A stretch of DNA of 64,000 bases from NCBI GenBank assembly GCA_049724395.1, contig JAUGWO010000057.1, positions 1 through 64,000 of the forward strand. Reading direction: 5' to 3'. Below the pieces are notes generated by a model. The model had not been told where the DNA came from, searched no databases, and saw only the letters and a program-made list of their open reading frames with translations. Below are positions 49,662-62,409 of the stretch, piece by piece; position 1 is the first letter of the stretch, and the number at the start of each line of letters is the position of its first letter. The DNA is from Spongospora subterranea f. sp. subterranea (Eukaryota). Position numbers and translations under genes: made by a program.

Positions 49662-52434
49662 CTGTATTGATTTTAGTTTGAACGAACTCACTACAAACTT
49701 TCTCGCAATTTCTGGTATAGGAACTCAAGAATACTAAGTTGGTAATAAGCGAAAACTAACAGATCTTCAACAAACGATGATTGATTAACCAAAACTGAGC
49801 AGCCCCTGCTTAAACGCTTTAGCAGCTTACTGCAGCATCATAGCAATAGTGATTTGATATCGGAAGGCAACGCTGGGGGGACATCCACTGCTAACAGTTT
49901 TGCATAGCACGATATGAACTCGTCTGGTAGAATCTATGCACCGCATCGGTCTAATTTGACGAGCAATTCTCAGAACAGGTCGCACACATCGGCAGTGCTC
50001 CTCTCGTGCCAACGACCTGCACGGAAAATTCCCATGGGAATCATTTTTTCTTCTTCTTAGCAGGCTGCAACGTTGCCTTGATTGTTTCCGCCGTTTGTCA
50101 GGTAACGGACGACGCTGCCGCCTGGACGGTATGGGCTGACTTTCAATTCATTGATCATCGCTCGACGATGATCAACATGTGCTCGAAATGTGTCGATTCG
50201 CTCGAAGATTGAAATCGGGTATGTCGTCCGTTGATACTCAACCAATGAATGCCATCGTAGGACTGGTCGCGTCATCCCATCGTGATATAAACGGCGACTG
50301 TGCACGAACATGTGGCCTGAGAAATGGGCTCTGCAATTGATAGAATAGATCACAGCTTCCTTATCCCCGACAATCATGTTTCGAACGGGCTTTTCTATCA
50401 TCTGTGATTCATTGCTGTCGCCAACCGGACATGCGATGTGTAGCAGTACGGGATGAGATGATGTCTCGGAATAATAACGACGTGTTCCGGCGCAGCAAAA
50501 TTCCTGGCCGACATTGCTGAGGTTTTCGCTAAGAACGGTCTGAGGACGAAACGGCCTCAACCGGTTTGTTGGTCATGCGCTCGTCTGTGAATATAATTCC
50601 ACAGGGAGAGTTGTGCTGGAAAAACAAGCTTCCAGAGACTCTTGCACAAACCGCTTGCATTATGGTGGTGGACACTTGAGTGAAGAGCTCACTGACGGCA
50701 CCGGTTTCAGGCGCTGCCGGGAACCGGGCAGAAATCCGATCCACATCGCAATTCGAAGGACGTCTTGATTTGAACGAAGCAGGACATCCATCACAGAGAG
50801 TGCTTTCTACGGAGCCATACAGGTTGTGCTCGTCAGTTTCTGGTTTTCCGAGGACGGTAGTACACCAGTTCAATCGCGCCCTCCTTCGCCTCCAGTAACA
50901 CCATAACTTTCCGAAGGTGATCGATCTCTGCAACCTCTGGCAACCCGCCGAGAATCGCCAATCAGGCCGCAGGAATGTATCGGTGGCGACTTTCAATCCC
51001 GCGCTCCGAAAGCTACATCGCTGAGTGTCTAGACCACTCTTACAGATACGTGCTACAGGCGGGATTGGATTATTCCATGGCCTTATAGGGATGCCACTTC
51101 GGTATGCTCAAGGCTGCGTCGAAGAAAGACGCCAATGATGGATGCCCTCCTGATACAACGGATGAGCTGGTCACGCGCACGAAGCGTGTCGGCAGACCCA
51201 AGGGGGCACGGAACTTGCAGCCAGGCATCACTTCCGACATGGATGCCAAAATTATCAAGGATTCAAGGCCATCAACACATGCGCGATGGATAATGGCCTG
51301 ATTGGCTAATCAGTACGTTGAAAATGCGGCGGGTTGTCAGAGGTTGCAGACACTCGATCACCTTCGGAAAGTTATGGTGTTATTAGAGGCGAAAGAGTAT
51401 GATTGGGCTCGATTTGGACTGGTGCACTACCGTACCGTCCTCGGGAAACTGGCGAACACGACCTGTATGGCTTCGTAGAAAACAATCTCTGTCATGGATG
51501 TCCTGCTTTATTCGATTTCAAGACGTCCTTCGAATCGCAATGTGGATCGCATTTCTGCCCGACTCGGTTCATAGATGATTCAAAAGCCCATTCGAAACAT
51601 GATTGTCGGGGATAAGGAGTACGTCCTGGCCGCTGTGATCTATTCTGTCAACCACAAAACCCACTCAGGCCACATGTTCGTGCGCGGCCGACCTTGATGA
51701 CGAGACAAAGTCCAACGATGGCATTCATTGGCGGAGTATCAACGGACGACATACCCGATCTCGCACATCTGGTATCTTCGAGCCAGTCGAGACATTGCCA
51801 ATACCCTGTTCATCGTCGTCGAGCGATGATCAATCATGTGAAAGTCAGACCAAACCGTCCAAGCGGCAGCATCGTACATCAACTCCCGTTCAAACGGCGG
51901 AACAGTAAAGGCGAAGTTGCTGCCTGCCAAAAAGAAGCAACAAAAAGGTATCCGATGGGCATTTCTGTGCAGATCTTCGGCACGAGAGGAGCATTGCCGA
52001 CATGCGCGAGTTGTGCCAAAAAATAGGGCGCGGCAACAATAGAATTGTGCATCGAAAATTGACCGATGCAGTTCATAATCTCTATCAATCCAATTTTATA
52101 CCTTACTAATGGAACTTGTTTGCAGTAAATGTCGCCCCAACAGATGATGTCGCTGCCTTTCGATATCAAATAACTTTTTGATAGGATGCTGCAGTCAACC
52201 GCTAGGGCGTTTTCAGGGGCTCCTCAGTTTCGCTTGATAGATCATCGGTTTTGTCGAAGATCTGTACGTTTTCGCTGTGTCTCGATTGGCTCTGATGTAC
52301 CAGAAACCTTGGCTAGACAATGGGCCTCAACCATCACTTTCGTATCGTCTATATCAATCATTTACCAACGAACCATTACTTGAGTTTTCGTTCACACCAA
52401 GAGAAAACTGGGTGAGTTCGTACTAAATACACAG
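49662..52434. repeat. Large diverged inverted duplication (arms ~49662-50968 and ~51296-52434) of a degenerate USP-like peptidase/TE-like sequence
   Basis: Anchors are collinear in reverse complement, e.g. 50895-50968 vs 51296-51390, 50010-50400 vs 51575-52010, and 49790-49870 vs 52150-52230. The arms translate to RNMIVGDKE(YVL)AAVIYS...H...HDGM. Confidence 0.85.
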
Positions 52435-52575
52435 TGTATTTATCTGTCTGTAGAGTGTGTTAAATACCATCTATTTCTTGAGTTCCTCAAATGAAATACT
52501 ACCATCTGTTGTGAGTTGAATTCCTGCATTTGTTGGCCATGTGTTTATCTGAAAGATATTAAGAATTAATATTCA

Positions 52576-54576
52576 CTAATTTTTTGGTTTGAATCGACGT
52601 CTCCAGTTTTCCAGCTCATCCATGATATGCTGTGTGACGCTTGGGGAACATCCTGCTTCCCTTGCGGAAGCGATGTCTCGTTCTTCAATTGTCACTGCGT
52701 TGATGTCACGTCCAAGCGCGCACAGTCCCGCCTTTTGCACCAACGACATCAGGTCGGCACCTGTAAACCCATCCGTCGATTCGGCCAGCGCCTGTTCGTC
52801 GATCCGCCCATCAATGGCGACTTTCGATCGCAGACGGCGAATAATGGCGAGACGTCCGACTAGATCTGGAGGGGGAACCAGCAGCACACGGTCGAATCGG
52901 CCAGGGCGCAACAGCCCTTGGTCGATCATGTCGGGGCGATTGGTGGCGGCCAAGATGAACACGTTGGCTGGGCTGGAGTCCATCTCCGACAGCAATTGCA
53001 CCAACAACGTACTACTCGTCCCCGTTTCCCGTACGCCGAACATGGCCTGGAACTCGTCGAAGAACACGACACAGGGCGCGGCTGACTTGGCCTTGACGAA
53101 GACGCCCCTGAGATAGGCTTCAGACGCGCCGACCTCGCATTTAATCAGGTCGGAGATCGAAACCGACACGAAGTTGCAGCACGACTCTGTGGCGACAGCT
53201 TTGGCGAGCATGGTTTTACCGGTTCCGGGTGGCCCATAAAGCAAACAGCCTTTGATTGGATGGATTCCTAAACGGGCGAAGGCGTCGGCATTCTCGAGCG
53301 GCAACTGCACGAACTCGCGAAGCCGTTGCTTGGTCTGGGCGAGTCCACCGATATCGTCCCAGTGAGTATTCGGAATCGACACGGCCGAGTCTGCCAACGC
53401 CAATGGCGGCACCGAGCCGATGGCGGCATCGAAGGCGGATGCGGTGATCGTCGACTGTGGACAATGAGCGCGAGCACGATTACAGATCGCGATGATGTCG
53501 GCGATCGTGTGTGCTTGCATCATGATCGCGACCCTGGCCAGGTTGACGTCGGGGGCGATGGGCGAGCCCAGCTGGTCGTGAATGAGGTGGATTACGGAAT
53601 CGGTGCTGGAGGGCAGACCCAGCTGGATCCGATCGTGAAATCGCGTGAGGATCTCCGGGTGGATCAGCGACGACGATGGCGCGATCACGAGCAGATTGGC
53701 GGGAGGGTTGGCAATCACGCTGCACATCGCCAGCATCAGCGGGCGAAGATCGCCGGACAGGTCGACGGCGGGAGGGAACACCGCAGGGAGGTCGGAGAAC
53801 GAGACGACGCCACCGAGCGATGACGCCGTGCTCATCTCGAACAGGAACGCGTCCTTGTACGATAAGAATCGATGCGATAATACGCTGGCGAACGAGATAT
53901 CGATGTGGAACAAACCCGACTGTAATGACAGTTCGCGGATTCGTTGGAATTTTCCGTTCCCCGGCGGAGAATGAAGGAAGACGCTGCGGATTGGCTGAGC
54001 CCACGATGGAGCTGGCGATGAATCGGAAAGCGACAGCGATGAGATCAACCGCTCTAGGCGATCCGAGCCGGATAGGGGAACCAGATTCGGAATACGACCG
54101 AAACGGGAGTGATTGAGACCGGCGCACGATAGCGATCGTGATTCACAACGATAGACGGGCGACGACGGGGAGAATTGACGACGGTCGACGGGGAACTGAG
54201 AACAATCGACGACGGCGTGAAGATACCGATGGTCGATATCGGGAAATGAGGGAAATTGCGTTGATGATGGATGAATGTGGTGGATTTCGATGGAATGGCG
54301 TTCTGGACAGATATATATATAGGTTGAGGGGGTGATTAAACCCCATAAACCAGGATCGACCCGCGATTTCATGTGACGACCGAACACGCATAATCGGCTG
54401 GACAGACCGGATGGCGACGTGAATTGCAGGTCGGCGTCCGTGTGCACCAGCGATCCGATGCCGAAATAGACGTGCTTGAAATAGGCCGATGATGGGAGGA
54501 TGTCAGGTTGATCACTGGCGATGATTAATACGTCCCATGGACAAACATCAGGGAATTTCCCATCGACCGACACCAT
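52576..54576 (-). CDS. CDC48-clade AAA+ ATPase with degenerate D1 and intact D2 (PEX1/PEX6- or SPATA5L1-like)
   Basis: D2: WDDIGGL, GCLLYGPPGTGKT, VVFFDE, AATNRPD, RPGRFD, GFTGADL. D1 has only HSPPGNGKF and no Walker B DE. The 5' end is uncertain. Confidence 0.85.
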   Translation of the reverse strand: MVSVDGKFPDVCPWDVLIIASDQPDILPSSAYFKHVYFGIGSLVHTDADLQFTSPSGLSSRLCVFGRHMKSRVDPGLWGLITPSTYIYICPERHSIEIHHIHPSSTQFPSFPDIDHRYLHAVVDCSQFPVDRRQFSPSSPVYRCESRSLSCAGLNHSRFGRIPNLVPLSGSDRLERLISSLSLSDSSPAPSWAQPIRSVFLHSPPGNGKFQRIRELSLQSGLFHIDISFASVLSHRFLSYKDAFLFEMSTASSLGGVVSFSDLPAVFPPAVDLSGDLRPLMLAMCSVIANPPANLLVIAPSSSLIHPEILTRFHDRIQLGLPSSTDSVIHLIHDQLGSPIAPDVNLARVAIMMQAHTIADIIAICNRARAHCPQSTITASAFDAAIGSVPPLALADSAVSIPNTHWDDIGGLAQTKQRLREFVQLPLENADAFARLGIHPIKGCLLYGPPGTGKTMLAKAVATESCCNFVSVSISDLIKCEVGASEAYLRGVFVKAKSAAPCVVFFDEFQAMFGVRETGTSSTLLVQLLSEMDSSPANVFILAATNRPDMIDQGLLRPGRFDRVLLVPPPDLVGRLAIIRRLRSKVAIDGRIDEQALAESTDGFTGADLMSLVQKAGLCALGRDINAVTIEERDIASAREAGCSPSVTQHIMDELENWRRRFKPKN

Positions 54577-56177
54577 CAGGGCAGTCGATTTCGGTCAACA
54601 ATCAATCCCTGAAACAATCGCGGCCCGACATGGAGAGAGATGGCCAGACGCCCAGGTCCAGGGCGAGAAAGACGTGGACAACTCCGGGCAGGTCGGTTGG
54701 GCGCAGTCGCACGGGGGGGCCGCCGCCCTGATACAGACTGGTCGTGTAACATCATCAACCGGACAACTGGTGTAACAGCGCCATGACCTGGACCAGGTGC
54801 CAGCATATGATGGGCCGATAACGCTTCTTGGCCATCACTCGATGCACCTTAGCGGCGTTGAACGGCAATCGCGATCTGTCGTTGACATTTTCCCGCGTCC
54901 CAGAACGAACACGTTATTTTCGCTATGAACACGCGTTGACGACTTATGATCCCCCGTTCACCGCCAACGGTGCCGCGCCGCAGGATTGCTGTGAATCGCC
55001 ACTAACCTCTTGCTCAGAATTCGCAGCTCTGGGCGCGCCCGCAATAGTGCCCGATTTCACCCTGCGTGCCGACATGAACCGGGTTCCTCTTGGCGTATTC
55101 CTATAAAATTAGGGCGAACGGTTCTTGACGTCAAATCATTCTACCTGCCCTGCGTATCGCGTTCCCATCGTCACACGATTGGGGTTCCGTCCCATGATCG
55201 AAGCGGCTAGACGAGATGTTAGATCATTTGGCTTGGTTGAGCCATTTCGGCATGTTTATCGAGTTTGTTCGATATCGAACACTGGGAGGAATTGGTTCAG
55301 CTGTCGATGATCAACCGGCTGTTCCTTGAGCAGTTCGAGAAGAATTTGCAGCTCGCGCGGAACTGCCAAAAGCCACATTGGGCGAAAGGTGATGGGTTGT
55401 CGTCACGACCGGGGGTTTGATGATGAAGATTACAACTGCACACACGGCTGATGATGTTTCTGGTCGCCCTTAACATTGATCACACTACGCTTTGTCGTTG
55501 TCTCGCGATTCACGTCAATAAACTGTTCTCATTCACTCACCGCGGTTCGTATATGATCCTGTACTCAGCCAGGTCTGGCGCTATCTCAGACCACGCCATG
55601 GGATTGGACCGTTGGTCTCGGTCAACCTCCAGAGGGTCGGGACCGCATTATCCTATCGAAATCATCCCCAAGGCGAACAGCTCCTGCTGCAACCGTTCGC
55701 CTAATCGTTTTTCAACATTACGCCAGGAGGGAACTCGTGTTTATGTCGACACCCAGGCTGAAGGCGCCATTAACCCAGAGCTGCACATTCTGAGCGATGG
55801 GGCTAGGGCGATTCACCAGCAATCCTGCTGGTGGTGAACGGGAGTCGTTCCAATGCAGTATCTTGATTATGGAGGGGGGAATGGCGCCATGTCATGACCA
55901 GCCCAGCAGGGTGTCATAATCGTCCGGTGTAGATGGGTTTATATAAATATTCGTGACGATGAATGGTTCGCGCGTTCAGCTAATGTAATCGCGACCTGGC
56001 CAGAACACGCTGCTTGAAGCTATCGGCGACATCATTCCGGTCGAGCACATCGCCGGCGGTGGGTTTCGCCGCCCCTTCTCCTACAGAAGCTCCGGCGATC
56101 TAATTCATGATCATCATCAGACGACCTGAGTAAACTCCAATATCAATCCCGATCCGACAAACACAACAGAGACACCC

Positions 56178-57288
56178 TCACGAGAACGATATCGGATTGA
56201 TTTCCCTCAATCTGCTGTTGAACGTCCCTTTCTGCGGTGGCGTTTTCCTCAGGAATCGCGGCGATTTCCTCGCGTGAATCTGATCATAACCTGGCCCCGG
56301 TCGTGGCTTAACCGCCGCCACACGCGCCGCTATCCGATTCACGGCCGTATTCTCGCTGTCGTCGTCACTGATCCACCGCCCCAAATTCTCCCGGGCGTAT
56401 AGCGATTTCCTGGCGCGTTCTTCGGCGATTCGCCTCCTGTTCTCCTTATCCGATGGCGTTGGGACGCTTTGTCGCCGGATCGGCTCCCGAACCATCGCGG
56501 GTTTCTGTTGTTTGATCGCCAACGACCTGGTTTTTGGCCATTCCGGTTTAGCGTGTCGATCCTTAAACCAGTGTAAAATGGCGTTGAACGCGTTATTCGC
56601 CGGTTTCATCTGTTCCTCATCAACAGAAACAGGTTCGATTGCCCTCTTCCTGATCGGGGATTCAATGGGCTCTGCCGGCGACAATTGTCGTCGGTTCATC
56701 TCAAAGATCGGTCGCGTTGGTGGTTCTGGCAATGGTTGCGGTCTCGGCACCGCCTAAATCCAGAACCGACTGTCGGTGATATCGGTGTTTCAATTCCAAG
56801 GGTGAGAGCCATTCACCGGTTCTACGCTGGGCGGATCGTACGCGAGCAAACGCGTGTCTAGATCGGCGCCCAGCTGAGCTGACAGCAATCGCGCCTTCTC
56901 CTCGAGTTTCGCCTCGTATTCCCGTTTGTTTCTCCTGACCTCGCTCTTGTACCGATCGCTGGCGGCGACCGCCTCGCGAACAAACCGCTCCTGTAACGAC
57001 GACAGGCCATCGCGAAACCGCTGAGCGCTCGGGGTCAACACGACGACGATGAACAAAGGGCGAAACAAGAACCTTATCGAGGACCTGAACTCGTTCATGT
57101 AATAGTTTCGATTCGACCAGTTTCAGATGTTCCAGCTCAACGATGGCGTCCTGTAATCGGTCCTTATCCCGTCGGATCGCCTCCTCCCTGCCCGACACCA
57201 CCGACGCCGACTGCTCCACGATCGTGCTGAGATACGGGTCCAGCAGCGGGCGCCGGCGTCGCCCGGCGCCGTCGTCGTCCTGCTCCAT
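56178..57288 (-). CDS. Hypothetical coiled-coil protein (3 exons)
   Basis: The ORFs at 57288, 57098 and 56750 join in frame via two short GT-AG introns (after VLDK and after SVEP); GC-rich coding-like composition. Confidence 0.6.
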
Positions 57289-60200
57289 CGCCCTGGGTCA
57301 CTATTACGATCGCAGCCGGGTCGTCGGTGTTGTCGCCATGTAGATGGGCGGGGCGCGCCTGTCAATGATGGGATGGGATATACACGAGAGATCTCACACA
57401 GCCCGACTACACCACCACCCGTCTCGTCGTGTCGTGTTGGCCCTGGGGGGGTGAGCGGTACTGGCCTGCCCCAAGGCCCATCTCCCCCCTCTGTGCCGCT
57501 ATCGCCACATTTCAGCCCATGTCCCGGTTAGGTATCGGCACAGAAAGACGTCAAGTAACTGAGCACCCCGATCCTCGGCACTCGTCATTGAAAGATTCGT
57601 GAACCGATCGTATGTCGAATGATTTTTTCTTTAGGATCTTGAGCCGTCGATGTGGTGGAGACTCAGATCGTATTCGGGCAAAGTGTTCCAGGAGTTGTTC
57701 GTCGGTTATTTGGTCGACTCGACTCATCAAGATACCGAGAGTTCAATATGGCCATCAGCTGGGACACGACAGGGCTAGACCTCCCATGATTGAGCTTGGA
57801 AAGACGTTCTCGTTGTGGACCGAACGTTCCACCGGCGATTTTGTGTGAGTCGTGTTCGCGAATAAATCTGTTAACTGCGTTTGAATCGAAGCTGAGATTT
57901 GCGGTGAATAGCGGTGGGTGCCGCCATTGTTGTTGTGACAGGCGCCTCGCTTTGCTTCAGACGCCCTTGATGAGTTCTGTGGCGCCGCTCTGTCGATTGC
58001 GGTTATTGCGTTTGAGGGCATAATGCTTTGCGATTTGGTTGAGCTAGAAAACGTTTTATGGGACACCTCCGCTTGAGGGCCACGACGGACGCGGAAGAAG
58101 GAACGAGAAATTTATATTACAGGGATGATTTTAAGAGCGCAGTACAAGCACATCGTGAGAGGTTTGTTGACAAGCTCGTAGGTCAAGGCTCCATTGAAAC
58201 GTCTTCGCATCTTCAGGGAGATGGAAAATGAATTATCGAAAGGGTTTGTCAAAATACACCGAAAAAGGGCGCTCTAACCGCATTTGACCTGTTGACCAAC
58301 TCGTCCAACACATCGGGGGAATTCCACAGACTGATTTGCGGAAAACACAGTACATAATTTATTGATTGATTTGGTATCAGAGCTGTTGCCTATAATACAC
58401 ACCGATAATCAGTAATGGGAAATACGAGGGGTAAACGATGAATTAACGACAGAGGTATCAGACGATTCCGTATCTTCATGATATCAATTGAATATGATAA
58501 TACAGACAATGTAGGTAAGGAATAACGTGATCATCATAATAAAACACACAACAGATCGTGATCAACAACTCACACACACCTGACACCGATGGCCAATCGG
58601 TCGACAACTACAACGAAACGGGGATCCGAGCCAGATAGACGTTTGAGGAATGACGGTGGCATCAACGGGCCGAGGATTGGCAATTGCGGACACCGTCACG
58701 GACTTGACAGGGAATGATATTAGCGCATGGTCTCATATAAATTGGCAAAAGGCCATATGTGATCGTTAAAAGGGTGCTGAGCAACCTCAATGAGTCGACT
58801 TAGTGCGACAGGGTATTGATACAATTATCATCATTGTTTCGGGAGAGTTCGTCGACCCAAAACCAACCACCCGAGATGTGTTCCGTTGCCCACAATGACC
58901 CGGAACGATGCAACCATCCCCAAACACGAGACCCGTTTTTTCCTGAGAGCGAAGAACCCAGTTGAAATCGCTAAAACCTTCGAGAAGCGGCGCAGTGTCT
59001 CTTGTCGACCGGAGAAGATAAATCTCTTTCTTTCAAAACATGGTCCAAAAACACTGATCGCTGACCGAATATATCGCCGAGTCCCACAGATGGACGTGTC
59101 GTCGCTTGGCGAACTCTAAATTCGCCAGTTGTGCAGTGCAACGACCCTGCTGAATATTCCATCGTTCCATGACTACTCTACCCGCGACACTATTCGTTCT
59201 TATTTTTTGTTTGGGCGGACTCGGGTTTAGGGCCGGTATTCTATGGAATGGGCAAAACGATTACAAGGGCATCAATAGGAGGGGAAAAATAACACGATTG
59301 ATCCCGTCCTCGTTATGGTCGTGATTGTGGGGAGATATTTAACGAGGTCTCCGAGTTCGAACAACAAATTGTCCGACCTCGCGTTCTAGGTTCATGAAAT
59401 ATTCAGGTTTTTGTGGGAATGATCAACAAACACGTCGGAGCGACACTCGGCTCCTGCCTGTTGAACTCGTTGATGAACGGTATTCGCCAACGGTCGCCGT
59501 TCACGACCTGATATCATTGGGCACTTGATGGGTCGTCCTCGCCAGATCTCGCCACCGTTATTCCCATCCCAGGAAAATTTCCGCACCGATGTTCTTTCCT
59601 CAACCGTCGTCTCTTGGCATTCTTCTTCGACCAGGTTAAGGTCAACGCGCCATAACATTGGTGCCTGTGTTGTCGCCATCATCATCATCATCCTCCGTAT
59701 TCAACAGTTCAACTGATCCCAATGTTGTCCGTTTCTGTGTTTTCCTCCACAAACGACAAACTTTGACCAAATCTAGCCACGCCGGAACCAGGTCGCCCAT
59801 GAAGCAAAGATACACATCGTTTTTCACTGAATAAAGGGCCGTTTCATGAACACGTTGATTGTGTTCAGGCCCTGGTCTGATAAATGGCCAGCTCAACCTG
59901 AACTATAAACGGGAACGGGGCGGTATTGGAGCACAGGGTCGATCATTACCACAACCGATTGTCGTGTCTGGTGTTTCGCGACCCGTCGTCGTCGATCTCC
60001 ATCCCGATACGGGTCCGACGGCCGAAATTCTCCCGACGTGAACAACTACTAGTTCGCACGCGGGGCGACCGGAGCGTCAATAAACAAGAGCTTTGCCATT
60101 GTCGTGTCATCACCGACATCATCCGATCATTGTCGGGATCGGGGGGCCAGTTCTGTTGCCGATGGCGACAATCGCGATCCGGTTTTGAGCTTTGTCCTAC

Positions 60201-60406
60201 GGATTGGGTGTTTTCCATCATTGTTCGATTTCCGATGTATTGTGTCCTGTGGGCTGTTTTACCGCCCGTTTCCCCCCCGAACGATGGGTCACTGCGACGC
60301 TGCCCAAATCCTTCACGATCCCGTTTTGTGTCTGGATTTGTGGCGAACCAATACGAAAAAATCAAACACGGTGTATTCTGTCATGGAACGAGATTGGGCG
60401 CGTTTG

Positions 60407-61422
60407 TCAACGGCGAAATATGAGTCGAATGATTGTGTCCTTGAGCTCTTCCACGTCCCCGTCCGACTCGAACAACGTCGGCAGCGGCCAGGATCGACGG
60501 GTCCTGATCGATAACCAGGTCCTTCAGCAGCCCTTTCTGGGCCGGCGTGATCTCGCCGGCGTCGCTCAAGTTGGCTACGAACTTCAGCAGGATTCGCGTC
60601 AGGACGAAGCTGCGCGCCCGCAGCTCGTACGGCCCATCGCCGGCCCCGACGTCGTGTTGCGCCGCCGAGCTCGTATAACAGCATTGCTCCGAGCAATTAT
60701 CGCAATTGTTCCCATCGCCCGTCTGTTCGCTGTCGTATTTGTCCTTGGGGCGGATCCTGGTCGGTCCGCGATCGGCGTGGTTCGCGATGCGCGCCCCGAT
60801 GAACTCGTTCAGCCGGTCGGCCAGCATCTGCTTCTCGAGCTCGGCCTGCGTGCCCTGCAGGGATGGCGCTACGCTCGGCGCCGCCTTCAGTATGTTGTTG
60901 TCGAGCAGGTGCTGGACGTGCGGGCGGGCGTTGAGTTTGTGTTTGAGGCGGTCGCGCGTGATCGCCTGGTCCAGCGCGATCTGCGTCGACCGCAGGCGCG
61001 GCGCTACGCCGTCGCTGGGCATGTACTGCTGGACCTGATCGGGGCGCGATCGCTGCTGCAGGGCGGCGTTCAGCTTGTCGGATCGCATGCGGCGCTCGAG
61101 GGCGCGGGCCGATGCCTGCAGGGATGGCGCCAGACCGCTGTCATAGGCGATATTCGACTGGACCAGGTCGCTGTAATCGGGGCGCTGGTTGAACTGGCGA
61201 TTGACCACGATCCGGGTCAGGTTCCGGTCGAGGACGGCGCGGGCGTCGGCGTGATTCCCGCCCGGTTTCAGGATGTCGCGACGTTCGAGCTGGTCGGCCG
61301 ATGGGCGGTTGGCGATACTGTGCTCTAGCGCGTCTGTGCAACGGGGGGTTAGTTGGTCGGTCGATGGGTGAACGGACACGATTAGGACGACCTTGGATCT
61401 GACTGGATTCGGTATCGGCCAT
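60407..61422 (-). CDS. RPEL-repeat (G-actin-binding) protein; one intron; apparent 1-nt frameshift ~60476
   Basis: LEHSIANRPSADQLERRDIL, FNQRPDYSDLVQSNI, LKHKLNARPHVQHLLDNNILK with APSLQ linkers. Intron ~61392-61334 has a CTAAC branch site. The C-terminus FESDGDVEELKDTIIRL lies in a shifted frame. Confidence 0.85.
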
Positions 61423-62409
61423 GATCATTGGGTGGGGGTCGTTGTCGATCACAAACGTGTTTCGGAGGTTTTAGAACCGATTATGGACGAACACACGCGA
61501 TGATCGAGAGTATCTCTCGCTCGCTCTGTTTGTCTCTCTCACTCTCTCTTTCCTCTCTCGGCCACATGTTCAGGTACTCGATCATATCGGGGCGGGCCTG
61601 TTAATATCCCCTGGGAATATCTTCGACCCTCTGATTGGGGCTGTGTATGTTGGACCACAATGTCGTCCCGGTTTGGTCGCAGATCTCGCCGACCCAAGGC
61701 AATGGGTGTTGACGGGAACGCCCCGGCGATCACCTTCTCCCCATCTCCACCGATCTCCTCTCGACAAGAAACAATCGATTCGTTGATCGTCCTCTGTCGT
61801 TCCCCGATCACGGTTATCGCCCTCGCCATTTACATCATCGCTTGGCCCAATGTCTCTCCTGCTCCGACGTACTTGGGCAATCCCGCAGATGATGATGACC
61901 GTTGTCAATAATTTGATCTGCCTATTAGGTGGACGTTGGGGTTATTGGAACGTCCCCGCTTCCTGAGCCGGGTTTTATATCGGACCGGACGGCTGTACTT
62001 TGAAGCCACTTGGACGTCGGTCTAGAATTCCCTCGACCTCCCGATTCCTGCTCGAAATTGTTTAACACAGTTCGCGCCTGAACCTCTCTCGTGACCATAG
62101 GTCGCTAACAATGTCTGTAATTATTTCAAACTGAGCCACTTGCCGGACGCCATTCCGATCCAAGTGCTGATAAATTCAGGATCCATCATGCAAACGAATC
62201 AACAAATTGACGGCAAATGGTCTCTTCGTGTGTTCGGCAATAATTTGTGTTTCGTCCCACAAATCCTTGAATCGAGTACTTGAATCACATATGGGCTCAC
62301 CAGCTTGTCGAGAAATCCGTCCAAAACGCTCCTGTATTTTCAATATAAGGCTTGCTGTACACCCGGTTGGTCTTGATCAGCCGCCCCTGACCGTATAGGG
62401 CTCCGACAC

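Noticed and set aside
58372..58383. TGGTATCAGAGC, the canonical tRNA-iMet primer-binding site
   Set aside because: It is not preceded by an LTR-ending CA and no gag ORF follows; it is an isolated 12-mer, at most a relic.
60192..61328. 378-aa plus-strand ORF
   Set aside because: It is the antisense shadow of the GC-rich RPEL gene; similar shadow ORFs overlie the AAA and CE4 genes.
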